From assembly GCA_964016885.1 (NCBI GenBank), contig OZ024741.1, positions 95,046,001-95,110,000 on the forward strand: a DNA stretch of 64,000 bases, given 5' to 3'. Origin of the DNA: Eledone cirrhosa. Taxonomy: Eukaryota. Under the pieces are notes generated by a model. That model saw only the letters and a program-made list of their open reading frames with translations, had not been told where the DNA came from and searched no databases. Below are positions 25,220 through 36,374 of the stretch, in pieces. A program made the translations under genes and the position numbers. Position 1 is the first letter of the stretch; every line of letters starts with the position of its first letter.

Positions 25220-27761
25220 CCCTCAACCAGCAACAGATTTAAAGATATTTTACTCAACGCCTACGACAGTAAAGAAGAACAGATAGAGACATTTAACGTA
25301 GAAGAGAACTGGGAGTTCCTAAAATATAACTTACTAGAGGCGACGGATGAGGTTTGTGGCTGGAGTAAGACCTCAAGCAGGAGGAGAGTGACTTGGTGGT
25401 GGAACAATAAGGTAGATGAAGCAGTCAAGGCCAAGAGACAGGCATGGAAAGAATGGAAGAACGGGGGGAGCAGGGTACATTACATAGAGACCAAGAGGGA
25501 AGCTAGGCGACAAGTATACTTAGCTAGGAGGGAAGCAGAGGATAGAAAATTCAAGCATGTTTTACAACGTGAGGACCAGAAACAGGAGGTATTCAAGATT
25601 GCGAGGCAGTGTGTCAGAGATAGTTGTGATGTCATTGGAGAGAAGTGTATCCGGAATGATAAAGGTGAGCTTGCCCTCACAAGTGCTGAGAAGAAAGATG
25701 CATGGAAGAGTCATTATGATAGATTACTAAATGAGGAGAATGCATGGGAAGAAGAGACCCTACCCCACGTAGACCCTATAGAGGGACCAGCAGTACAAGT
25801 CAGCGGCAGCGTAGTAAGTAAGGCAATCAGAGATATGAAGATAGGGAAGGCAACCGGTCCATCAGGTATAGCTGCCGAGATGCTGAAGGCATCTGGGTCT
25901 GTAGGTCACACTATAACCACACGTATCGTTAACCAGGTAATACTAGAGGGGGCCATACCAAAAGATTGGTGCAGTAGCATCATTGTCAACTGCTACAAAG
26001 GTAAAGGCGATGCACTAGATAGAGGAAACTATAGAGGTATAAAGTTGATGGACCAGGTCATGAAAGTAACAGAAAGAGTTATAGCACAGCTGATTAGGGA
26101 CCGGGTGAATATAGACGAGATGCAATTTGGGTTTGTACCAGGGAAAGGCACCACTGATGCGCTCTTCCTTGTGAGGCAATTACAGGAAAAGTACCTAGCT
26201 AAAAGTAAGCCACTCTACTTGGCATTTGTCGACCTTGAGAAAGCCTTTGACAGAGTTCCACGTGCAGTAATCTGGTGGGCTCTTAGAAAACTAGGAGTAG
26301 ATGAATGGCTTGTGAAAGCGGTACAAGCCATGTATAGGGGAGCAGTCAGCAAAGTTAGGATTGGCAATGAGTATAGCGAGGAATTTAGCGTACAGGTTGG
26401 GGTCCACCAGGGCTCTGTTCTTAGCCCTCTCCTGTTCATCATAGTCCTGCAGGCAATAACGGAGGAGTTTAAGACCGGATGCCCATGGGAACTCCTGTAT
26501 GCTGATGACCTCGCACTCATAGCTGAATCTATGGTAGAACTAGAGAATAAATTCCAAACCTGGAAGCAGGGACTAGAGAGAAAGGGCCTCAAAGTCAACA
26601 TGACAAAGACTAAGGTCCTTGTAAGTAGACGAGAAAACAGAACCCAGATCCCCTCAGGGAAATGGCCTTGCTCAGTATGTAGGAAAGGTGTAGGTAGGAA
26701 CTCCATTCTCTGCCCCAAATGCAAACAATGGGTACACAAGAGATGTAGCGGGATCTCAGGAAGCTTAATTAAGAATGTAGGATTCACATGCAGCAGCTGT
26801 GCTGAAACAGCAAGCAAACAGCCACAGGAAACAAGTACCACCAATCTCTGGGAGGGCCCTGTAGAAACAGTAGACAGCTTCTGCTACCTAGGTGACCGAA
26901 TTAGCAACGGAGGTGGGTGCTCAGAAAGTACAATAACTAGGGTAAGAACGGGATGGAAGAAGTTTAGGGAACTACTACCACTGCTAGCTGCAAAAGGCTT
27001 CTCCCTCAGAATGAAAGGCAGACTGTATGATGCGTGTATCCGAACAGCGATGTTGCATGGTAGTGAGACCTGGGCGCTGAAGGTGGAAGACTTACGTAGA
27101 TTAGAGAGAAACGAAGCCTGCATGCTCCGATGGATGTGTAACAGTAATATACGTGAACGACAAAGCATAAATGAATTGAGAGAGAGACTGAGCATAAGAG
27201 GAATCAAATGCTGCGTGCAGGAGAGGCGGTTACGCTGGTATGGACATGTGATGCGTATGAAGGATGACAGCTGCATAAAAAGGTGCAGAGCACTAGAAGT
27301 TGATGGAAACCGCGGAGTGGGGAGACCCAAGATGACTTGGGATGAGGTGATAAAAGCCGACCTTACCCAACTACACCTCTCAAAGTCAATGACACACGAC
27401 CGTGACTTCTGGCGTCACGCAGTAATACAGGGTACCCGACCTCCCATGGGTACATGCTGAAGCATATAAACAATATGCCCCCCCCCCACCGCAAGGTGGT
27501 CGTGGAGGTGCCACGGCAAAAAAGCACCCAGCCCACACTGTAAAGTGGACGTGTAGGCGCCACGAAAAAGCACCCAGCACTCACTGTAAATGAGGTTGGT
27601 GTTAGGAAGGGCATCCAGCTGTAGAAATCAAGCCAGATCAGTTCCTGTATGAGCAAGGCATGGTCAGCCGACCAGACACTGCCCACAACAGGACAACCCG
27701 TCTAACCCATGCTAGCGTGGAAGAACGGACGTAAAACGGTGATGATGATGATGATGATGAT
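25220..27761 (+). mobile_element. RTE-clade LINE copy 1: 5'-truncated, young, reading frame uninterrupted
   Basis: Collinear and near-identical with 42023-44560. (GAT)n tail at 27741-27761. Candidate TSD ATGTTC at 25215-25220 and 27760-27765. Confidence 0.97.
25388..27460 (+). CDS. RTE LINE ORF: reverse transcriptase with inserted PHD-type zinc finger (N-terminally truncated, no APE domain)
   Basis: RT motifs NYRGIKL, QFGF, FVDLEKAFDRV, GVHQGSVLSP, YADD, FCYLG, RLRWYGHV. Frame is open from 25220. C4HC3 finger at 26669-26800. Confidence 0.95.
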   Translation: MTWWWNNKVDEAVKAKRQAWKEWKNGGSRVHYIETKREARRQVYLARREAEDRKFKHVLQREDQKQEVFKIARQCVRDSCDVIGEKCIRNDKGELALTSAEKKDAWKSHYDRLLNEENAWEEETLPHVDPIEGPAVQVSGSVVSKAIRDMKIGKATGPSGIAAEMLKASGSVGHTITTRIVNQVILEGAIPKDWCSSIIVNCYKGKGDALDRGNYRGIKLMDQVMKVTERVIAQLIRDRVNIDEMQFGFVPGKGTTDALFLVRQLQEKYLAKSKPLYLAFVDLEKAFDRVPRAVIWWALRKLGVDEWLVKAVQAMYRGAVSKVRIGNEYSEEFSVQVGVHQGSVLSPLLFIIVLQAITEEFKTGCPWELLYADDLALIAESMVELENKFQTWKQGLERKGLKVNMTKTKVLVSRRENRTQIPSGKWPCSVCRKGVGRNSILCPKCKQWVHKRCSGISGSLIKNVGFTCSSCAETASKQPQETSTTNLWEGPVETVDSFCYLGDRISNGGGCSESTITRVRTGWKKFRELLPLLAAKGFSLRMKGRLYDACIRTAMLHGSETWALKVEDLRRLERNEACMLRWMCNSNIRERQSINELRERLSIRGIKCCVQERRLRWYGHVMRMKDDSCIKRCRALEVDGNRGVGRPKMTWDEVIKADLTQLHLSKSMTHDRDFWRHAVIQGTRPPMGTC

Positions 27762-27970
27762 GTTCACCATTTTCTTTTCTTAGTTTTACTTTTTAAATTC
27801 TATATGTTTTCCCAAATCTCAGAGGCTGTAATTGTTTCATTGTCATAGCAACAGGAATTAGATTATTATTAGGCCAGAGTACTTGGTTATTAGGCCAGAA
27901 TACTTGATTTTTAAATGCAAGTAAGAAAATTAAAAAAAGAACAACTAAATTTGGTCTGCTACTTTTTTCC

Positions 27971-28281
27971 TTAACCCTTTAGTATTTAAATTACTCTATA
28001 TATATATACTATTATATTTTCACGGTAAAGGCTTTACCTCACAAATTATCTCACATTATATCGAATCTATGAGATTTGGATATTATTTATTTTGAGAACA
28101 ATACCTTAACATAAGTATAAGTGGCCAGTTATGGCCAGTTTGAACAGAAAGAGGTTTAACCCTTTATTATTCTCAAAATAAATAACATTGAAATTTCGTA
28201 GATTTGACATTATGTGAGGTAATGTCTTTACCGTGAAAATACAATAGTAAATATCAAGTAATGTAAATGCTAAAGGGTTAA
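27971..28281. mobile_element. piggyBac-type MITE family A, inverted chimera of two right-hand halves
   Basis: Minus-strand copy 27971-28155 is joined at an internal TTAACCCTTT to a plus-strand 3' half. TTAA at both outer ends. Confidence 0.75.
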
Positions 28282-30044
28282 TTTTGAAAAATGGTTTTGA
28301 TTTGGAGGAAAGAGCTGTACTCATGTTTTGTAGACCCTCCGATACCTGTGAGATTGACATGGTTGATATTTTGGCCTGGAGGCAGGAGCTGTACCTGTTT
28401 AGTTTGCACAGTGCACCCAGAATGCTAAATTTGGGAATAAATTCATATTTCCATAAAAAATGGATGTAAAGAAGTCGTTTATAGTTCGTTGGAAGTGTTT
28501 GGGCAAGCTGCAACTGAGGGAGCTAAAACTATTTAAAGAAGCATCTAATTTTGAAGATATAACTTGATTTCTTTTTCTGGCATTTGTTGCAAAATTGTTT
28601 AATTGCCGTGATTTGTGGTTGGTGGAAAAATAAATGTATTAGATTTGTGAATGTTATCAATTACTTTGTAGGGATGGATTTAGCATACTTAGAGGAGGAG
28701 TGTCTCTTTATGGCACTCTGGACCCAGCAAAAAAGACTTCATTTATATTGTCGTTTTATTGCCCATTAGAACTATGGCTTGTTAATAATGTTATCTGGAC
28801 AAACTCTGTTTGTTGTAAGAAATTTTGCCCAAAGGAATTTCAAAGAACCAATTTTCAGTGATAGAATATTACTAATAATAATCTGTTTTCTTGGGACTTG
28901 CGACAAATCTATTTTATATGTAATTCTGCATAGGTCAACTTTGTGTTCCATCCATTATGGTCAAGAAGTATTGATAAAATACCATTAATATTCCATCGTT
29001 AATTACAAAAAAAAACAAAGAAAAAGAAGAAAAAGGGGACCCCAGCTGCTCCTATGCAAATGAAATCATTATGTGGCCATAGATTTCTGTATATATACAT
29101 ATATGCTCTAGGATTTGCTTAATTGAAGAAAATAGTGCCTGTCTTTATGGTATCATATTACCTTGGAATCTTTAAGAGAATCTAAAAGATTCTGCAAACA
29201 AAAGGCAGATTATATGTAATACAGAGCCTATTGTTGTATGACAATGAAGTTTGTATAAACAAAGTGAATCTTGATGATTCACTGAGTTAGCGTCTAAGTT
29301 GGAGACTGGCTGTTGCAAACCAATCAAGAATCATGATATACCAAACAAGGGCATTGTTAGAGAATATAAGTAGCTAGCTTCAAGGAAGTAGGAATTAATA
29401 TTCAAGTGAGTTAAAGTAGTGGAGTTGGCTCAGATGGTAGGGGGTTAGACTAAATGATATGGATTGTTTGGTTTGGTGATTTGCTATACTGAATTCAAGT
29501 CCTGTTGAGGTTGATTTGTATTTTCATATGAATATGTTTTGATAAAAATAGTTCCCAGTAGATAAGACAGAGTTGAATGAGCTGGCTATATCCCCTGCCC
29601 CTCTCTTACAAAATGGGTTTTGTGACTTATACAAAAAAAACAACACTAAAAAAACAAAACAAAAAACCCTCCCAAAACTAACAGAGCACATCATCATTAC
29701 CATCATGGCATCAGCACTGGCACTTTACAGGGCGGACTGTGTGTATTTTATCATGACATCAGCACTGCCTTTACAGAATGTATAGTTCAATAATTAAATT
29801 ATGAAGATTGAGTTTCCTCTTCAGAGTCCCAAAACACTTCAGCTTGGAACAACTATTAAACATTTTACAAAGACAATTACACTCTAAGAAAATATAAAAA
29901 ACAGTTTGATAAATGGAGATTGATAAAATAAGTAACAAACTTGAAAAAATACTTACTGGGGTCAATATGATCAATAAAATCCATTCAATATATGCCCGAG
30001 CATGTCCGTAATCTAATGACTGAAACTAGTAAAAGAATATATAT

Positions 30045-30251
30045 AAAGTGGTCGTGTAGGTGTTATGACAAAAAGCTCCCAGTACACACTGTAAATGTGG
30101 TTGGCAGTAGGAAGGGCATCCAGTTGTAGAATTCTAGCCAGAAACAGTTTTGTATGAGCAGGATAATACGGTCACCGTGACTTGCCTCAAATGGAACAAC
30201 TTGTCTAACCCATGCTAGAGTGGAAGGTGGATGTTAAACTGTGATGATGAT
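30045..30251 (+). mobile_element. Isolated RTE 3'-UTR/tail fragment
   Basis: AAGTGGTCGTGTAGGTGTTATGAC...GGAAGGGCATCCAG...TCTAACCCATGCTAG...GATGATGAT. Confidence 0.8.
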
Positions 30252-30939
30252 GTGTTGTAGTTTGTTTGAAGCATTGTTTTCTAATTATAGTCTTTTGATG
30301 AAGGGTTTTTAGACCTGAAATATTCAGACAGGTTAATAAAATAAGTAGCAGGCCACCAACATCTTTGTTCCCTTCAATTTATTCCAAAATCTAACATCCA
30401 TTTTGCATTGTCATAGCCTTCAAATAACATACTGCTTTACACACACACACACATATATATATATCATCATCATCATCATCTCATGTCCATTTTTCCTGCT
30501 AGCAAGGATTAGACAAGCTATCACAGACCAAGTTAGTACTCAAGCAGAACCTCAGACCTCTCAGATGAGCGTGGGGCCTTTACATTCCTGGTAAAATTTA
30601 ATATTAAATCAATGCTAACAGAAGTTTTTCTTTTCTTGAATGTCCACACCTAAAAAAGCAAAAAAAGCAGTAAAGTCATTTGTTAAAAAGAAAAAGAAAA
30701 AGAAAAAGAAAAAGAAAAACTAAAAATAAAGTGTAAAAGAGTTTAGATTTACCTTAAGAATAAAAGAGAAAAGATAGTAAGAAAATATTAAGTTGCATGG
30801 AATTTTTGTTGAATATATTAGTATTAGGTCATTGGATATGTGTGAGTACTATATGAAGGTGTGGTATAATATATACACACACATATACACATACACGCTC
30901 GTTCTCTCTCTCTCTCTCTCACACACATATATATACACA

Positions 30940-31033
30940 CAGGATGTCCCAAAAAATGTACGCATACTTTGATTACCTGTACAGGCAGTATTTATTAGAA
31001 TGCTGTTGAAGTGTATATACATTTTTGGGACAC
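30940..31033. mobile_element. About 95-bp Tc1/mariner-type MITE (copies at 48591-48666 and 61307-61397)
   Basis: CAGGATGTCCCAAAAAATGTA ... TACATTTTTGGGACAC inverted ends. The other two copies begin TA-CAGGATGTCC and share TTTGATTACCTGTACAGGCA. Confidence 0.7.
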
Positions 31034-31087
31034 ACACATATATATGTATATATCATCACCGTTTTACGTCCGTTCTTCCACGCTAGC

Positions 31088-31122
31088 ATATATATATATA
31101 TATATACATACATACACACCTA

Positions 31123-31183
<61 letters not shown>

Positions 31184-31345
31184 CACATACACACCTAGCT
31201 GCTTAGCATTCACCAATAGTGGTTGTTATAGAAGTTAAAGATTTCACTATTACATTATTCTTTATCTCTGATATTCACAAGTTTTTTTAATATTATTTTG
31301 TCTTCATTGAGTTACTAGTGTGTGTATGTTTATATATATATGTGT

Positions 31346-31393
<48 letters not shown>

Positions 31394-31412
31394 ATATATA
31401 TATGTGTGTATT

Positions 31413-31511
<99 letters not shown>

Positions 31512-31512
31512 A

Positions 31513-31589
<77 letters not shown>

Positions 31590-31598
31590 ATATATATG
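31088..31598. repeat. (TA)n/(TG)n microsatellite tracts
   Basis: Read directly. They produce the spurious IYIY ORFs. Confidence 0.95.
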
Positions 31599-32903
31599 TT
31601 TGTAAAAAAATTGTTACATTTGACATAATGTATGTTGTAGCTACTGTAACTGACATAATTGAAAAAACTTCCTTTCTTTGTCAGACACTTGTTCTTGTGA
31701 GATATTTGTTCTTTTGAGACATTTTACTTCTTTAGTATTGCATTTATTACAATGGTTCCAGAAAGGTCAGTGGGAATACAACTGTGATTAAATTTTGCAT
31801 GAAAATGGTCTGCATTTTTGTCTAGTGCTGCCTTCTCATATTATTTGCTTTTCTATCTGCTTATCTGGGTCAAAGCTTGTCTCTCATGAGACCATGTGCT
31901 ACATTCTTGCTCTGTAGTAGTTTTTTATGGTCTCTTTTCATATGAAAAGCTTTTCAAACATATTTTTATGTATTTTGATAATCTTTTTGGCTGGAATAAA
32001 GCTAAGAGAGCAAAACAAATACCTTTTTATATTAAACATTTTTTTTCTAGTAATTCGTTTTTTTTTTCTTTCTGGGTTTTTAAAAGTCATCAATCTGTTA
32101 CCAATCTGAAGATTTCTTTCACATTAATAAAATATGTTTTTTTTTTCTTTTTATTTCCGACTTTGATACTTCATTCCTCTGATACTGAGTTAATGTAAAC
32201 TAATTATTAACAGTTTAATCAGAATAATTCAGGCTATGATATCTGATAAGAGAGAGGTTACTTCCCTTTGAATGTAGTTTGCTTTGTTTAGTTTTTCTTT
32301 TCTTTTCTTCTTTTTTGTTTCTCACTGCTATTACTGTCCTTAACAAACTGGTTCTCTTTCATGCTTGAATGCTTTATTAACTCAACAAACCTTAATATTT
32401 TACACAGACACACGCCAATCAATACATCAGTTGTATTTATGTAGAATCTAATATGGTGTTGCTATGTTTTTTTTTTGTATTCCTTTTTGAAGAACTTATA
32501 TCTAAACTGACTTAACATTTGGAATTGCAACTATTAATAATGCATAATTGATTTGCTTATTTAAAACTTCTCTGGAATAAACAATTTATTATTATTTTCT
32601 TTTATATAGAAAGAGGAATAGTTAAATTTATTAAAAGATCGATATCCAATGAAAATAGATTGAATATCTTATGTATTATTGTTATATTTGTATAAAGCCA
32701 GATGTGTGAGTAAGTGTGTTTAGATTGTAATCTCCTTTACTGGATAGGTTGCTAAATTTTCAGTTTTTGTCTTGTTTGTTGATAAATTAGTTGCTGTCTC
32801 TTCATTACGGCACTGGTAAAGTCGAACCAGTTTCAATTGACAACTGCTGTTACTTGACTAAAGTAGGCCATCTTCTTGTGTTTGGTTAGGTATACATACA
32901 GTC

Positions 32904-33083
32904 GTTGAGCCTGTAGCAATGGAGACTTCTGGCATTCTTGGTCCCCATACCACCTCCTTTCTCACTGCTATCAGAGCAGAGTTGGCTGCCTGTAGGAATA
33001 AGCCCTGTGAGTTGGAATGGCTATTACAACATGTCTCCCTCGCTGTCCTTTCGGGTAATACTTTCTCCATTCTGTCCACTTGA
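32904..33083 (+). pseudogene. CRE-clade non-LTR retrotransposon remnant (end of the restriction-like endonuclease domain)
   Basis: Manual translation VEPVAMETSGILGPHTTSFLTAIRAELAACRNKPCELEWLLQHVSLAVLSGNTFSILST* fits the CRE C-terminal pattern P.A.ET.G..G...QR.S.A.QRGN. Confidence 0.7.
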
Positions 33084-33453
33084 ACCATGCAATGCCTTGT
33101 TCCTGGGATTCTGCATCCTAGAGAGCATTCTACCACACCATCCGGGCTTGTATCAAAAGGGTAGCAAGGAATGAGTATTATTTCCCATATTTTTGTTGCA
33201 TTTAGACTTTATATAAGAACCTTTTAGTATACAATTGAAGTATGAAGGATTCCATTTTGATTTTCATTTAACTTTCAAGTTTCCTTGTTCAAAACATACC
33301 TATCTTTCAATACACACAACCATTTCCTCTGAATCTACAAAATGTTATTCTTAATTATTATTGAAGGGGTATTTTTTTGTATGTCTCTTTCTGTACTGGG
33401 ACACAAAAATAATTATGCATGCATGTATAAAAGTGCATATATGTGTATGAATC

Positions 33454-33494
<41 letters not shown>

Positions 33495-33495
<1 letters not shown>

Positions 33496-33626
33496 ACAAA
33501 GGAATTGTGGTAAGGAACCAGATGGACCATAATGCACCAGAGTACTCAATACTTAGGGTAGAGTGGGAAATAGGAAAAAGTATGACCCGGACGGCAGAGC
33601 TCAAGCCGTTTCGACGGCTATTTCTG
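33495..33626 (-). mobile_element. PLE-type 3' tail with the 3' half of a hammerhead; homologous to 45047-45228
   Basis: Minus strand GCCGTC-GAAAC-GGCTTGAGCTCTGCC-GTC-CGGGTC followed by a tail. Adjoins (TA)n. Confidence 0.6.
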
Positions 33627-35010
33627 TATATATCACTCATATTGTTTTTCCATCTGCTTTTCCGTGTGTTTTTTTAAAGTAGTGTTTTATGACTGGGTGC
33701 TCTTCTTGATGACAACACTTAATTGCATCTTACAACACACATACACACACACAGTTGCAAACATATATTCATTTATTCAAAGCTAAAGCTTCACTCTGGT
33801 GTTACTCCAAGTACCCCCCCCCCCCCCACACACACACTCTGTTTATATAATGTTCTTCAAGGCAAATAAGACACACATACCCACATATATTTTATCTTTC
33901 TGAAAGGAGTAAATTATAATGTACATGTCAGTAACTCTATATATTTTTCATTTTAATATATTCATATTGGCATTTAATCATCTAAATCAGTTTATTTATA
34001 ATGCAATACTTCAGTTTGGTTTATGATAATTTACTATTAGATGATTTGTTTTACAACCCAAAGTTAATTATTTTGCACTCTTTTCTTTGTCTTTACATAT
34101 ATGATAGTTATTGAAAAATACTTTAGAAAGAAATAGTTACTACTCTATTTTTGGAAGCGCTCTGCAAGAAGTTCGATTTGTACTGCAACATAGATTTTTA
34201 AATTTTGCTCTGTAAATAGAATATATTGTTGTTCTTGGCATTTTAGTAAACTTTTTTTCCATAATGTTCTAAATGATTAAAAAATATATATCCTGTTTAT
34301 AAATTTGTTCTTTATTTTCATTATACATCTCTGTATCAATGAGCGAAAGACATGTTCTATAATTCTAATAAAATTAAAGAATAACCAGTAAGAGGAAGGT
34401 TGAATAATACAATTAATTAATTGAATTGAATTCAGCTTTTGTCTCCCACCACTCTCGAAATAGCTCTCGAAGGAAATCTTTTTCATTAGATGCCAAAAAT
34501 AATATCTATATCCTAATTTATATATTTCTGTATTCATGGAGTGAGCTAGCTGTTTGACGACTTGATATATTTTCATTTCCAGAATCTCCTAATACTGTGC
34601 TCTTCCTTATTATAAGGTGAATTTCTTCTATCCTATGTGTGTTTAGCTGGATATTCTTTTCCTGTTTTCGTTGGTTTCTATCAATGTAATTTTGTTTCTT
34701 ATTTCCTCAGTTTGAAATTTTGTGTTTATAGAACTGAAATATTTTCATGAAGAAATAAATCAATAAAAATTAGACAAAAAAAAAATGATGTGAACAGTCA
34801 ATTACTAACTACAGCAGGGAATGCTGGTGTCTCCCTCTAAAACATTTGGAGGCAAGCCAAAACACTCACAGCAGGGGATAGCAAGGCTAAGACACAGCAA
34901 TAACTAAGTACCCTTACAAGCATCTCCTGATATTTCTGTAAGGCAAGCCACTATAAGGAACTGCAAATAAAATCAAAGCACAGAATAATTTTTTATAGAA
35001 TTTGAATTTG

Positions 35011-35228
35011 ACATTTAAACTGGCCATATCCGGCCAGAATTCTCTCACTTCTTTTTGTTCAAACCGGCTGTAACTGGGTGCTCATACTGATGTTAAGGTA
35101 TTGTTCTAAAAATAAATAATATCAAAATCTCATAGATTCGATATTATGTGAGATAATTATGTGAGGTAAAGCTGTTACCATTAAAATATAATAGTATATA
35201 TAGAGTAATGTTAATACTAAAGGGTTAA
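35011..35228 (+). mobile_element. piggyBac-type MITE family A, left end eroded
   Basis: Body matches 22094-22310 and ends ACTAAAGGG-TTAA. Confidence 0.8.
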
Positions 35229-35889
35229 AGAGCTTTAATGCCAAGCCATACTAAGTATGGTTTGTACTGCTAATTTCTGTGGAACCATTACACTGCACTA
35301 TGTATTGTTTATTGAGTAAATGGTGACAATATGAAGACACGTGAGGCGAGTAACATAGTCACACACACACACACAAACTCATATACACCATGGGTTTCCT
35401 TATATTTTCCGTCTACCAAATTTTATCAAGTGCTTGTTCAAGAACTAGAGTACTACTGTCAAAATAAAGAAGGACTCATAACATTTCTATACTGAGAAAA
35501 TATATATTGAAAATATTTTACAATATAGTGATCGAAATTTGATAAAATCTCTCAATCAAAATACACAAAGTGCTGCCAAAATATCCTCAATATGTATATT
35601 GTATGTGTGTGTGTTTGTTTGTATGTATGTATACATATATATAGTCTACATATATGTGTATGTGTATGTATATATATATATATATAGTGTGTGTGTATCT
35701 GAATATAATAGTATAGTGTAACCCAATGTAAATAAATTGTGGTATTTATGTCTACAAGTGATATAACTCAGGTGAACTCAGCCATTTGATAAATGAATAC
35801 CAGACTAAAGTACTGCCCCAAAATGGCTACAATCCAACGACTCAAACCAGTAAAAGAATGAAAGTGTGTATGTGTGTGTGTGTATATAT

Positions 35890-36031
35890 ACAAGTTTATC
35901 CCGGGTTCAATCGGGGGTAACCACAGTAAGTAAGATACTCAATACAAAGCAGGGTATAAATATTTAATATAGAAATGGCTTCTACAGTTCTCCTGAATGA
36001 AACAGTTCTAGCCCTGTAGAAGCCATTTCTG

Positions 36032-36035
<4 letters not shown>
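35890..36035. mobile_element. PLE-type tail with inverted partial copy and the 3' half of a hammerhead
   Basis: 22-bp inverted arms at 35966-35987 and 36014-36035. Contains GAAT-GAAAC-AG...CT-GTA-GAAGCC. Homolog at 48432-48476. Confidence 0.6.
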
Positions 36036-36088
<53 letters not shown>

Positions 36089-36091
<3 letters not shown>

Positions 36092-36374
36092 TTGTGAGTT
36101 CAATTCTCAGACCAGGTGATGTGTTGTTTCCTTGAGCAAGACACTTTATTTCACATTGCTCCAGTTTACTCAGCTGTAGAAATGAGATGATAGAGACTGG
36201 AGTCCTCTCATTCCACTGCAAAGTGGTCGTGGAGGTCCCACGAAAAAAAAGCACCCAGCACTCACTGTAAATGAGGTTGGTGTTAGGAAGGGCATCCAGC
36301 TGTAGAAATCAAGCCAGAATCAGTTCCCGTCCCACCCTTGCAGGCAGGGAAAAGCGGACGTATGATGATGATGA
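36089..36374 (+). mobile_element. tRNA-derived SINE with RTE-derived 3' part, 5'-truncated, inserted in (TA)n
   Basis: B-box GAGTTCAATTC; CCTTGAGCAAGACACTT central domain; about 100 bp nearly identical to the RTE 3' UTR; (GAT)n tail. Confidence 0.9.

Noticed and set aside
27499-27528. CGTGG-loop-CCACG plus A-run as a pistol ribozyme
   Set aside because: It resembles pistol P1, but the pseudoknot partner follows the A-run directly and there is no P2/P3 or cleavage-site strand. Kept only as an H-type pseudoknot.
26215-27686. Antisense ORFs repeated in each RTE copy
   Set aside because: They are shadows of the sense RT frame and recur only because the copies are near-identical; no recognisable motifs.
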